Part shown: positions 39,037 to 50,863 of the stretch, in pieces | Position numbering within the stretch: the first letter of the stretch is position 1 | Layout of the letters: each line of letters opens with the position of its first letter | NCBI GenBank assembly: GCA_000002435.2 | Contig: CM018793.1 | Length of the DNA: 64,000 nt | Source of the DNA: Giardia intestinalis | Lineage: Eukaryota | Strand: one strand, 5' to 3' | Position numbers and translations under genes: made by a program | Notes under the pieces: model-generated | Seen by the model: the letters and a program-made list of their open reading frames with translations, nothing else | The model's database searches: none | Told to the model about the DNA's origin: nothing

Positions 39037-42000
39037 TAAGGCAACGACTCATGTAGCTAGGTGCTCTCCGCCCGGCCGGCCGACGGGGTACTATTCTAGC
39101 CTGCAGTGGCTAGGGCACGGAGTCTCGGCCGGCTCAAAGTAAAGGTGAGTACGATTCCACTTGAGCACAGAATCCATAGTGAAAGCCTCAGCAAGCGGCA
39201 CACAGCACACGCCGGGATACCATGGTGGTCTGGCTTTCAGGCTCGCTGCCTCAACTGGTGGGTTGCGGTTTTAGGAGATCGCCAACATTAGCGCAGAGGT
39301 TCTGTAGCGCGACTTTACACCGATTAGTATATAAGCGTGAAGAGCCATATGTTACCTCACGTCGTGGAGTAACTAAGCGGGCAGTTCGAGAGCAATACAC
39401 CGTGACTTGGGATGCATTGCGGCTTTTCTACGCCTCATATCACAATGCCCAGAGCACATAGGTGTCGATGCTTTGCTTACAGACACAAGGGGTCTGTTGC
39501 AGAATTCATCAGCATATCTGGCTTCATCTTCCGTAACTTTGTTCTGTCCTGAAAAGAGAGCAATCCTAGGGACTTGAGATCATTGCAGCGTGGCCACTTC
39601 CATGCAAACATACTTCCAGAAGCGCTGCTCCTTAACGAGTAGTCGCAATTTGCGATGTGATGGGTGGCCGTGGCGCAGACAGGCTCTGCTACCGCCGCGC
39701 CATAGAGCAGGTTGGAATGATCGGCATTACCGGCGATTTCTAGTAGCCTTCTCGCCGCATGCAGAGGCGCCGACCTGTGGACTGGGCACCTATTAAGGTT
39801 AATAAGATTAAAACGTGGCCTCTCAGGGATGCGGAGAAAGGACAGAAGGGGAAAAGGCGAACAACTGAGGCGCCGGGAGTCGAACCCGGGTCGTGACTCA
39901 ACAACCGGAAACCGGCCAAATATGTCAAGTGTCAGTATGCTCCCGCTGCACCACGCCCCACAGCGAGCGGCCGATGATAATGAAGGCTAGTTCTTTATTA
40001 TAAAAGGTTTACTCTCTCTGTTTCATTGGGGTGAGGTTGTCACCTGCTGTCTGAGTGTGATCTTCCCGTGCAAGCCACCACCACCTTAGGCAAGCAGGCC
40101 TTTGCTTGCTTCCAGCCAAGACCTGAACCCAGAGTTCAGAAATCAGACGTCGTCCAGTTCCGGCGGGAGAAGAAGCCCAAACAGAAAGCTGACGGCCCCG
40201 ATGTCCAGTCCCCAGTAAGCAATAAATCCGCGACTGCTCCCATGAGGCGCCACTGAGGAAGGTCCCTAGGACCCTGGAGCGAAACGCCAAGAAAGCGCCC
40301 AGCAACGTGAACGAAGAGGCCAGGAGACGAGAGTAAGGGAACTCCCACATTCTCTTCCCCCCACCGAACCTCCCTGTGTCAAAGAACGATTGCGTGGTGG
40401 CAAGGCTCTCAATGACCGTTTCTCCAGGAGACCACCTGGCCCCGACAGGGTCAATCACTGACTATACGAACTGGCTCACGAATGTCGGAGTTCACTTACG
40501 GGCCTGTACCCTTGAGGACCTCCTACATCATCCACAGCACGAGGAGCCACTCGGCCACTTCTGCGTCTCCTATCACGCCTCCTTCGACTCTCGAAGGGCC
40601 TCGAGCAACACGTTTGGGAAACCCTCTCCGTCTGAGCTCCTTCTGCAGCCTTGCGACAGACAGACGGTGCCAGCCCACGCACCAGGTCTCGGCGCCCGAG
40701 CGCGGTGTCCCGCGTGGGCCCTCACCATTGCCTGCCATGATGCCCCGGACAGAAAGCATCGGACCGGAGCGCTTCCCAGACTCCTCGGAGGCGCTCAGGG
40801 ACGACCCCAACTATCTGCCAGGACAGGCCAAGTCTGTGCGGTTGAGAGACCAGCAACACCAGAGCGCCCTTGAGTTGTTCGCGGCCCGGTGGAGCCAGGC
40901 CAGCCCTAGCCTCAAACAGGGGTCCCAGTCGCTGGCTATCCCCAGAGGGTCGTGGAACCTGCAGAACTCTACAAGGGAGACGTCGCCCCGGACACGCACC
41001 AGTGCACCGTGAACCCCACCCCTCAAGAGGGATAGATCAGGTATCACAGCGAGAACGAGGACCTTAGGAACCTGACGGAGAGGAGCACTCTGCGCTGGAG
41101 CGGCACCGGGCGAACGCCAAAGTAGTAGGAGCGGAAGAGCACGTGCCTGTCCTGCGCGAAGACCCTCCGCGGCGAGGCCGTCCAGACGCACTACAGCACA
41201 GACACCGGATGTAGGGTGCTACTGAGTGGGGCAACGGGGATAGAGAAGGACGTCCTCTTCAGCACCCGTCGTGCGAACGTGCTCAGGGGAGGGTACCTAC
41301 CACCCCGCAGAGCTCCAGTCGAGAGCCGAGGAGACGCGCCTCGCTCACACAGCGGGGAAGCGGAGGAGCGGCATTCACCATCCTACTGCCCGGCCTGCAG
41401 CCTCTGCCTCGCCTCGAGGGGGAGCTGCACCCTGACAGCGCCACCGACGACCAGCACCTTGCTATCCAGAGGGCCGGATCAGGACGGCCTGGCCCCTGAG
41501 AGACAAGAGCCCCCTCAGCCATCGGAGAGCACGGACGGCCAGTCCGCGGGGCTCGAAGTCCCCGGGCCTGCGCTGGCGAGTCCATCCGGGTGCAGGCGTT
41601 CCGGGGCCCCTAAACAGGCCTTCAACGAGATCCTCAGTGCGATCCATAGGATGGGATGCGTGCTCCGTACGGTTCCGCCTGGCCCTTCCCCAAGAATGGG
41701 ACAGGACAACCACGATCAGCAGACGATCATGATTCGCTTCACAAGGTAGTCCCGAGCCGCTTGGAGACCCAGACCCTGGCCTTCCTCGAGACCTAGCAGA
41801 CTGCGTTCCACTGGATGTACATGGGCGGCGTTCGCACGGTGCAGGGAGACGCAGACTGATGGGCACAGCGGTCTTGCTCGACATAACGAGAGCCCCAACA
41901 GCAGACGGCCTCGCCCAGGCAAGTGTACCCCTCATCCCGAGGAGCTGCGTCGAGGCCTTCCTTCGGCCGCGACACACGAGGTATCTGGACTCGGTCCCTC

Positions 42001-45000
42001 AGGGCCCTGCGCATGCTTCTGTGCGGCGTGGTACAGAACCTGCTCACCAGGAACTGAAGGAGATGCCCCACTCAGTGTCTATATTGACGACAGTGACGCG
42101 ATGGGGACAGTCACAGAGGCGACAGGCCTGGCGAAGCAACATGGCTTGACGGTCAGCACTGGGTGTAGGAGCACTGAGGGGCAGGAGGCCTCCTTCCTGG
42201 CCGGTCTCAAGGATCCCCCAAGACAACCGAGGGCCGAAGCCAGTGATGGCACCAATCACTCGCCAAGCTGGCCAGGATGGACCCACACGTGACCCATGTG
42301 AATCCCTCGACAGGCAAGTCGGGATCCTTGGAGTGTCTGGCTGACAGAAGTGGACTGATCCTGCCCGCACCGAAGAGTGGTGACCTGGGCCACCTGCCGG
42401 GCATCTGCCACAGCAGCTGGCAGTGCCTGACACCCTCGAGTAGACGGGCGCCGGTTGTAGAGAGAGACGGCCTAACGGCGAACCGGTCCCGATCGCTCGT
42501 GATGCTTTGGATGACGCCTCGACAGACCGAAGCATCACCCCAAGCACACCATGTGATGCGAGGATGGATGGAGCCCACACATCACTGAGCTAGACGCACT
42601 GCACAGGGTGAGCGTCGACATGATCTCGTGCTGAGTGACGGACCACCTGCAAGAGCGCACTGCGATCCATGAGCAGAGGGCCGAGCCTCTTCCCCGACAC
42701 AACACATGGGAGTGCTCCATCGACATCCACAAACGCGTACTATGACTCCAAGATAGAGGCGCACGGGGAGCGCACCCTCTGATCATACTCGGGACCGATG
42801 ATACAATCCGTGAGAAGACGAAGAAGCACCTCGAAGAACTAGAGGTTGATATCCCGAAGTTCATGGCATGCGATCTTCATCATAGAGAACCAAGACCTTG
42901 GAGTACATGACCAGGGTCAGCTGCTCCCTCAAGGCCAAGCTTGCCGTCGCGACTGACGCAGGACCCTGAGATAGTGTGTGCTCACTGGTGCCAAACGGTA
43001 GTGACCCCGACGAGCCAAAGGATGGGATGAATCCTCAGAAGACACCGCGAGAAGCAGCAGAGACTCCCGAGCGGCAGAACAAAACTTCTTCTCCTCCTGC
43101 CGAGATCGAAGACATCCGATCTCAGACTTCAGATTTCAATTTCTGGATTCTGGATTGTGGATTGTGGATCTCAGCCATGCAAGGGTGGGAGATACCCGCT
43201 TGCCCAGGGTGGCGGTGGCTTGCGTGGAAAGATCACAGACCCTATTTCTTTATTATGGTTTTTAGTGGCTGCTCGCTCGGTCTTCCTCAACAGCAGATCC
43301 ATAAGGATCACAATGGCTTGAACACAAAGCAAATCCTATACCGCGAATGCAGGGGGCCCTTCATAATGAGTGCAGACTAGGGGCCTAGAGCCAAACGATA
43401 GAAGACAGTAGCTGACCGAGATAGTGACTCCTGTACGCATGAAAGCCCGATCTCCTTGTTATCCGTGTACGACTAATGCATCAAGTAGCCTCCAAACCCC
43501 TAGCCATTAGATTGGCTTATTTCGACTCAACATACGACGCTTTGGCGTTCCCCTTCGTTTCTGGTGCGTTGTGTCACCAAACACAGATACTTTCAAGGGC
43601 TTCTCTGGAGACTACATGTGGCCTTTATATCTATGGGGCCTGTTACGGCAAGCTTAAGAGATACTACGCAGAGTATCGCTTCCGTTGACAACCACCACAA
43701 TATGTAGTTGGTACTCAGCTCTAGTACGCACCGTCATCGAGAGGTACGAATTACTATAGTTTCAAGCAGAAACTTTGAGGCATCTTGCAGGCCTAGAAAG
43801 CTGCCATGATGTATCCAAAAAGATAGGCCGTCCAGGTAATGGGAAGAGACGCAAAGAGATAGAGGTAGACCAGAATGCGATAGAATCAGAGGATCTACCG
43901 GTTGGTGTCAGATTGCGTATGGCTGAAAACTATCTGACCCTCACAAGGTATCTTTCTCCAAATACAGGGTTGCATAAATCATCAGTCAGCTGCCCCCTGC
44001 ATAACAGGTATTAAGTTGCCTTCCGCAAAGTCAGGCCGTTAAAATTAGCAACGTATCTCCCTACTTGTATCTGTTTACAAGTAATTACCTTACGCCACGC
44101 ATGGCTGCTTACACAAATCTATTTGTGGAGCAGTATTTAGCACATTATCTTTTCATTAGGCGGGCTACATTGAAGAAACTGTCCTATTCATCCTAATGAG
44201 TTAAGCTAATCGTAATTGACCATAGGAGTGGCACCCTCCCACAGGCCCATGCTTCGTCTTGCATATTTTTTACTGGAGAAGTTCGTTTGCTGTTTGTACG
44301 ATCCCGGTCTTTATAGCCCTTGCAGCCAAACTCAATTGGATCCATGTCTGATTCTCTGCCCAGGTCTCCTCCCGTCCTCTCTACCCGATCTGCTACTGCA
44401 GTAACGCCTAAGAGACGGTGCTTAGTTCGTATGTTTGTCCAGGCCTTCTGACCACAGAAGTATACGGCGGTTGGAATATCGTTGTGCCAGTCTACAGTTC
44501 CACGAATGCCCGGCCCATAGCAGACTCATTGCGCCTGCTAGCACTGATAAGCGTTATGCACAGAAACTAAGCAGGGTCTGGGTGTAGTGTACGGTGAACA
44601 CTGTGCCAATTAGCCAGAAACAGGAAGCTTTCTCCCGTGCATCAAAGTGCAAAGACGACGCTCAAAAGATGCCATACTGCGTATTGCGAAGTGGGTCAAC
44701 ATGCGTTCCCGTGTTAGGGAAGTTGAATCAGTTGCTGGCCTAAGCCGAGTGTCCTGGTGAGAGCCGCATAGCTACCTACTGTGGAGTCATATGACTCTCT
44801 GTCCTGGCGAAGCAATTTGACTAGGCCTGAGGGTAGCAGAAGCCGTGGCTGAACGGGCTGCGGCACTTCCAGAAGTGCGTTCCTTGATGTTAGCTGCAGC
44901 GTAGCGTTCTAGATGACTATCGATGACACAATTATTACAGCTATTAACCGATATTCCGGCGCGCTCATTGTAATGCCTGTTTGACCATTGGTTGTAGGGT

Positions 45001-48000
45001 AGTCGAGCAGTTAGAGATCCTCTGAGTCATGTAACGGTTCGTGCTTGTCTAATGCAAGTTTGAATCAAGGATGCTCCCAGAATGCTCTAAATGATCTGAG
45101 ACCACAGAAGTTCCAGGGGAGCCCACTCTGCTGAGGATGCGCGCCCATCTAGCCCAGGGTGGAGAATGGACCGGCAATAACCCATCTGGCTGTCTACTGG
45201 TCGTGTACTGTTGGGTCACAAAAGATCATGTGGGAACTTTTAGCCGCAATGGCCAGAATATTGGCTCATCTACTGATCCAGACAGATAACGAAGGCCATG
45301 CACCTTCGGAATAATTAAAGCACATCTTCGAGCGGCCCAATGGCTCGCTGCTGTGATCCATGGCCCCAGACGTGGGAAGTGACACGCAACAGTGCAGAGT
45401 AACATAGCAGAATAGAAAGGACACGTCACTCCTGGGGCTGCACTAGCAATAGCATATATTACTAGGGTCAGTTAGCATTCTCACAGTCTCTGCTGCTATG
45501 CTATAGTATTGCTTTAAGGACGTAATCAAGGCTCAAGCGTAATGATTAATGTAGTCCGTCGTAGCGGTAAGAACAACGGGCCCTTGCTTAAGATCTTGCG
45601 TCCCTCAGCTTGTTCTTCCCTAGCATAGCACAGGCCACAGAGGATCCGATCCAGCTCCTCAGCAATAGCCATGGTGAGCTGCTGGCTTCTTCGAGGCCCC
45701 TTCCAACTCTGGCATATGCAACGCAGGCGCCAACAGGTGGCTCTGCCCAGGAAAATAGGCCGGGCGGAGTGTCTATGCACATTGGAGTGCGCGATTTTTT
45801 CCTAGACGCTCATTTTTCTGAATCGAAAGCAAGTCTTGTTACTGGCCAGACAATGACCTACCAAGATGGAAGCCCTGTTGCCACAATGATTAGACACAAA
45901 TTTTCCAATGAACCACACTGTGTATTGCGCGCAATGTGGTACCCTGAAAACCAATCTTCTTACGTAGTGACTATATTTAGCATGCCATAGCCTGGACAGA
46001 AGTTCCTAAAATTAAGCCGTACTATGCTGCAGATCAGTTTTGATACACGCTGATAGATGTTCTAGAGAGTCTGCCCAAGGCATCCTTCTATTAACAGACA
46101 ACACTATGGTTTGTGGATCCTTCCTTCGCCTCTTTCAGTCTAAGCATAACCTTAGTACAAAATCCCAGAGCTCTTTGCTCGATCGCTTGAGATGTCTCGA
46201 AGTGCCTAGACTTAAGAGAAGCATCTGCCAGCCCTGACGAGTATGGTTGTGCCCTTATTAGAATCGTCCGAAGTGCTCTTCTGTGGTCCCAAAAATGCGT
46301 TAGCATAAAGCAGCGTTCTCTTAACAGGTATCCAGTATGTGCCCACCCGACTATATTACGTGCACGCTAGTTTCGCAAATGGCTCCCTCTTATCTTTAAT
46401 ACCCGGCAGAGTATCCTCAACGATCTTTTCTAGGCCCTTGTAGTACGCATGCATATCCTTCTGATGTTGATGCGCACATGTCAGACCCAGGCCCCAAGAG
46501 ACCTGACGGCAGGCCGAGATTTGCTGCAGCGCGCCATCTTGTAGTCCCCGCTAGTCGTCGCTGGTGACATGCTGAACATACGCTGGAAGGCTGTGCAATG
46601 TAGCTTCTAACGCTGTTGCGGCCCAGCCTTTTCGGTGATTTCTCTGCGAGGGCCACTCCTCCTCTCGGTCTTCCGTGACCGAGATCGAGATCGAGAGTCA
46701 CTACCTATAGTGCCACGGAATTCAAGACGCGGATATCTCGACGGACAGTCTACTCTTCTAGTACCCGATCCATCTCCTTTCAAGGCGGATCTTTATCGAT
46801 GCAGAAGGTAGAAGGCTAGCTCTACTGATGCTTACATGCGGCCTTGCTGGACTGGCCGGTCCTACCGAGCAAGCGGACTCTGTGCAGAGACCCTTGCATA
46901 ACAGAGCATGCAGCGCAGAGAGGTGGGCAGGGACTCCAGTCCGGATCAGAAAAGTGGTTGGACGGGCACCACCGTGCCATCAGCAAGTGTAGACCCTTGG
47001 ATAGGGTGCTTCTTCTATACTCGCGGTCATAGTATTCCCTGCTTGAATGGCTGGGTTATCACCGTCGTCAGGCAAGTCGAGTACATCCAGTGTGACCGTG
47101 TATCTGAGCATGTATGCTTTCTCTTTGCTATTGTCCTTTGGACATACTTGGGCGGTCGCTAAGCTTTTGTCGAAGGCTAGAAGCCGCGGACGCGATCTAT
47201 TGTAAACGGTCTATCTGCGCGTCCCCGAACAAAAGCCAGATCACAGGGGCCAATAGGTGTGAACAGAGATCAAAGCTCTAGAGCCAAGTTCCTCTATGAG
47301 AGAATAGAAGCGGGCCTGCGCTCTTCACTCGGTCGAAGTAAATGGTGTCAGAATTTCTATCGGCAATATCATAGCCAGTAGCAGCCTCTTTTGTGTGGTT
47401 TTTGTCACGTGCCGAAGAATGCACAGGGACAGTGAACGGGCACCGTGGCAGTGCCCGTTGCTTCACAGAGATACCGAAGGGCACAGCAGCTAGTATCTCA
47501 AGCCAGGCTCTCAGAATGTGCAGAGATCCAGATGTCTCATCACTATATTCTTCTCTTTGGGGAGGTTCGGCACTTGCGGCAGAGCTACCCTGCTAGTTGC
47601 AGTATGGAGGCGATGCTCTCAATTATCGTGCTGCGTATGGCAAGGACCCCCGAGATGCTCTCAGAACCTAAAAGGTTCTCTTCTGTGCTTATAGGGAGCC
47701 AGCAGGCCTGAGTAGTGCCGCTTGCGATGTTCCTTATAGCCCCAACTGCTCTCTCCGTCGTGCGAGATAGGCAAACCGGCAGAGGAGCCTCTTCTTTTGA
47801 AATCTAGAACCATCGGGCAGCCTGTACTTGGTCATCGAAAGAGTACGGGGAATCTGATGCTGCACCGAGAACTCTTAAGCAACTGCACAGAGCCTGTCTC
47901 TGTTGCGAGTCTCCGGTAGCTGTGACCAGCATCGAGGTACTCAGCACACTCAATGGCTAGGCGAACACACCGCTTGGCCCGAAGCATCTGCACGATCGCG

Positions 48001-48378
48001 CCTCTGCCATCCAGATCCCAGGCTCTTCCTACAAAGCTCGAGAGCAGGCTTTAGATAGCATGCTCCTATCGCTAGTCCGGGATGTCATCTGCCCACAACA
48101 TACGAGGCTCGTCTCCTTCGAGTCCCCCGCTCTTGCAGCTGGCCTGGACAGACTAGAGGTCACCAGGGCAGCTCGCCGAGCCTGCTGTAACGCATAGCGC
48201 TAGAGGCAGGATGCTCTCCGTGCGTCGCCCGTCCGGCAACGGAGGCCGTCTTCGGCCTGCCTCGTCTTCTACGCGCCGGCGGACACTCAGCGGCGACGCG
48301 GGCCACCAGGGCGCTACGGCAAGGGCGTCCCCCCGCAGCAAGGGCCAGCAGGCAGAGGCCCGCGTCGTGAGGCGTATT
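39037..48378. repeat. Right arm of the inverted repeat, reverse complement of 26250-35590
   Basis: Mirror-image ORF set. Only one difference was found by inspection: a 1-bp indel (an extra T at about 41380 versus left about 33245) that shifts the reading frame of the mirrored ORFs. Confidence 0.9.
39866..39960 (-). tRNA. Mirror copy of the tRNA-like element in the right arm
   Basis: TGAGGCGCCGGGAGTCGAACCCGGG at 39866 onward is the reverse complement of the left-arm T-arm and acceptor. Confidence 0.35.
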
Positions 48379-48567
48379 CAGGAGAAGAGATCATCCTATG
48401 GCGGGACATGTGACTATATCATTTTCACGTGACAATGTCATCTTTTTTGTACCACCAAGGTTGCAGATCCATTAGTGCGTCTACTTTTTCTTTGTTAAGG
48501 CAAAACCTCATTGGCTCTTGAATTCCTTAGCGAATTTCCTTTTCACTTTGTATATTATTAACGCACA

Positions 48568-50367
48568 ATGACTATAGACTTTAGAACCATTAGGCTCCAG
48601 GAGGATAGAACCCGAGGCTTGCATATCAATGAGCGGTGTACATCTGCACTAGGATCTACTGTGACAGATGCTATCGAGGACCTTGAAGGCACAGAAATAA
48701 TACTTAAAAGCAGATACTTGCAAACACCACAAATGTCAACTACACATCGCACTGTCTTTCTTTCGTTGTTACTTAAGCTGCGGGAGGGCATTCGGTATAT
48801 CTTCAACATGTTTTCGTCATTTAAAAAGGAAACGTACCTAATTGGCATTCTTTTGCATACTCATGACGACGGTTTTATGATACTGCAAATTAACACGCAC
48901 GGAATTCTGGACATTCTTCTAGACGAACCCACAGAGCCCTCCACTTCTACAAAATACCTGGCCAAGTTAAAGAAGGCCCTCCTTCAGATTGAGAGCTTTC
49001 CGATGGTCAAGCTAACTATGATGGCTTCTCATACAAATAACATTTCAGTGCTTTTTCTCGGAGCGCTCTTGGGTCTTGAGGGTTTATACTATGATCAAGA
49101 AAATTTCTGTGTAACATCTATTGTTCAATACTACAATGATGCTGCTACCGTTCAGCAGAACCAGGCCAGTTCCCAAGACACCGGTACCTTAGGAGTTACC
49201 TTAAAAGGGATGAGCATGCAACAAACCATAACAGTATCTAAGAGTTTTCGCCTTCTGGTGCTCAGAGGGCCATTTATAAAACCTTATTACTCCATTAAAA
49301 TGGCGGTAGATGTAATACATAAATTGGTAGAGAAGTTCGAGGCGTCCGTTGTTCTCCTGACGGGTCCACTTTTGTTAGAGTACCCTTCCGACCCTACGGA
49401 CTATAACAGTAAGGAGCCCCATAGCCTAGCCCAACAGTACCTTTTGACCTTTCTTCTGGCCTTGCACATCTCCATGCTTGAAAACAGGTGTCATGCTATT
49501 TTGATTACAGATTGTAACTGCCTACTTGCCCCAGATTCATATTACCCTACTCTACCTCATAGTACAATGCTACCAGATACTACTTCACTTTACAAGACAA
49601 TATCGTTTGGCGGTGATCCCCTTTGCTTTTCTATTTGCGGCGTCAATCTTGCGTACTTCAGCAGTGCATTACTTGGATTTCAGTTTATTGAAAGTAGCTA
49701 TCTAAGTCGTCACAAAGAAGCCTTGCCGTCATCTCCACAACCTTCTCATAGTAAGCCTAGTGCGTCAAGTCCTCGTTCGCCTGAATGCCCGTTTGTATCC
49801 TCCTTACCAACTACCTCTCAGTCCAGTCCTTTTAAAAGAGTTACAGTCCCAGATTCGCCATCCCGCAATCTATCTAACGGCCCTCCCATTCTATCTAAAG
49901 TACCCCCTACACCGACACGCTCAGATGAGACCACCGATACACCCCGAACTATACTTCCAAATGAGAACCTCTTGGGTCTATGTGACAGTCTTATTGAAGG
50001 CAGAATACTTGCTCAATCCACTGACGCTGGTATCCTCGTAGGATTGGAACAAAAACGCCTTTTATACTATATCAACGCATCACTTGAGCTTCAAACATCA
50101 ATACCAGAGTTTCCTTCTTCGCGACCTTTGCTTCATTCTAGAACACCAAATGCGTGGTTGAACCCGGAGACAGACATAGTCATAACCACTCTACCAGCAT
50201 TCTCAGCACCCTTATTAGTGACGATATATGGAAAGCCCCGCATAATTGTTCCCCTATTGGAGAAGGATGGACAAGGAGCAGTCATTACGTTACGACAAGG
50301 AAATGGTACTATCGATAATTTGGCACACTGTGAAACCTACAGCTTTGCCATTAACTTTGCAGAATGA
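48568..50367 (+). CDS. Hypothetical protein, 599 aa
   Basis: Long ORF beginning about 190 nt outside the palindrome, with an A/T-rich tract before the ATG. C-terminal half is S/P-rich. A VVLLTGPLL motif faintly resembles polymerase B-subunit / phosphoesterase folds, without support. Confidence 0.5.
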   Translation: MTIDFRTIRLQEDRTRGLHINERCTSALGSTVTDAIEDLEGTEIILKSRYLQTPQMSTTHRTVFLSLLLKLREGIRYIFNMFSSFKKETYLIGILLHTHDDGFMILQINTHGILDILLDEPTEPSTSTKYLAKLKKALLQIESFPMVKLTMMASHTNNISVLFLGALLGLEGLYYDQENFCVTSIVQYYNDAATVQQNQASSQDTGTLGVTLKGMSMQQTITVSKSFRLLVLRGPFIKPYYSIKMAVDVIHKLVEKFEASVVLLTGPLLLEYPSDPTDYNSKEPHSLAQQYLLTFLLALHISMLENRCHAILITDCNCLLAPDSYYPTLPHSTMLPDTTSLYKTISFGGDPLCFSICGVNLAYFSSALLGFQFIESSYLSRHKEALPSSPQPSHSKPSASSPRSPECPFVSSLPTTSQSSPFKRVTVPDSPSRNLSNGPPILSKVPPTPTRSDETTDTPRTILPNENLLGLCDSLIEGRILAQSTDAGILVGLEQKRLLYYINASLELQTSIPEFPSSRPLLHSRTPNAWLNPETDIVITTLPAFSAPLLVTIYGKPRIIVPLLEKDGQGAVITLRQGNGTIDNLAHCETYSFAINFAE

Positions 50368-50416
50368 CGTAGTCTAGTTGAAATGTATTCTATATAATTA
50401 ACATTGGAAATTATAA

Positions 50417-50863
50417 ATGACCGAGACAGCAGGTTCACGCGTCAGCACAAGACCACGGGGAAAGCGAGTTCGTCACCCACCTGGGTATAGATCCTCTACG
50501 ATTATCTCTTCTGAACTCGATACAGCGCCGCTTCAATCGCGCCCCTGGCTTGCAAGAATGGAGTATCTATACAAGCTGTCCCACCTGCTTCCGTTTCATT
50601 CACAGCACTATCTCAAGCGCATGCTAGGAATCGCGGCAATGACAACTCTTCGTTTAGACCCTTCAATTAAGGGTACTATATGTAAGAGATGTAAATACCT
50701 TCTGATCCCGCACCAGACTGCAACACTTAGCGTCTATCGCCGTGCCCCACAACTACAGTGTCTAAATTGCGGAGCGATGCGTATCCTTGCCCAAACTAAA
50801 AAATCTAAAGCTCTTCATGAAGCACATAGGTCTCCACAAAAATCTGGGACACAAGGCTTATGA
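50417..50863 (+). CDS. RPR2: RNase P/MRP protein subunit Rpr2/Rpp21-like zinc-ribbon protein
   Basis: An Arg-rich helical region (YLYKLSHLL ... HYLKRMLGIA) followed by CKRCKYLLIPHQTATLSVYRR ... LQCLNCG. This matches the Rpr2 pattern CxxC ... LIPG ... R ... CxxC. Confidence 0.6.
   Translation: MTETAGSRVSTRPRGKRVRHPPGYRSSTIISSELDTAPLQSRPWLARMEYLYKLSHLLPFHSQHYLKRMLGIAAMTTLRLDPSIKGTICKRCKYLLIPHQTATLSVYRRAPQLQCLNCGAMRILAQTKKSKALHEAHRSPQKSGTQGL

Noticed and set aside
26250-48378. Hypothesis that the palindrome is a classical DNA transposon with terminal inverted repeats, or an LTR/non-LTR retrotransposon
   Set aside because: The inverted repeats are 9.3 kb each and make up almost the whole element. 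No transposase or RT/endonuclease ORF was found. No clean target-site duplication was seen at 26250/48378, where the boundaries are eroded rather than sharp. A degenerate foldback-type element cannot be excluded, so I describe it as a palindrome of unknown origin.
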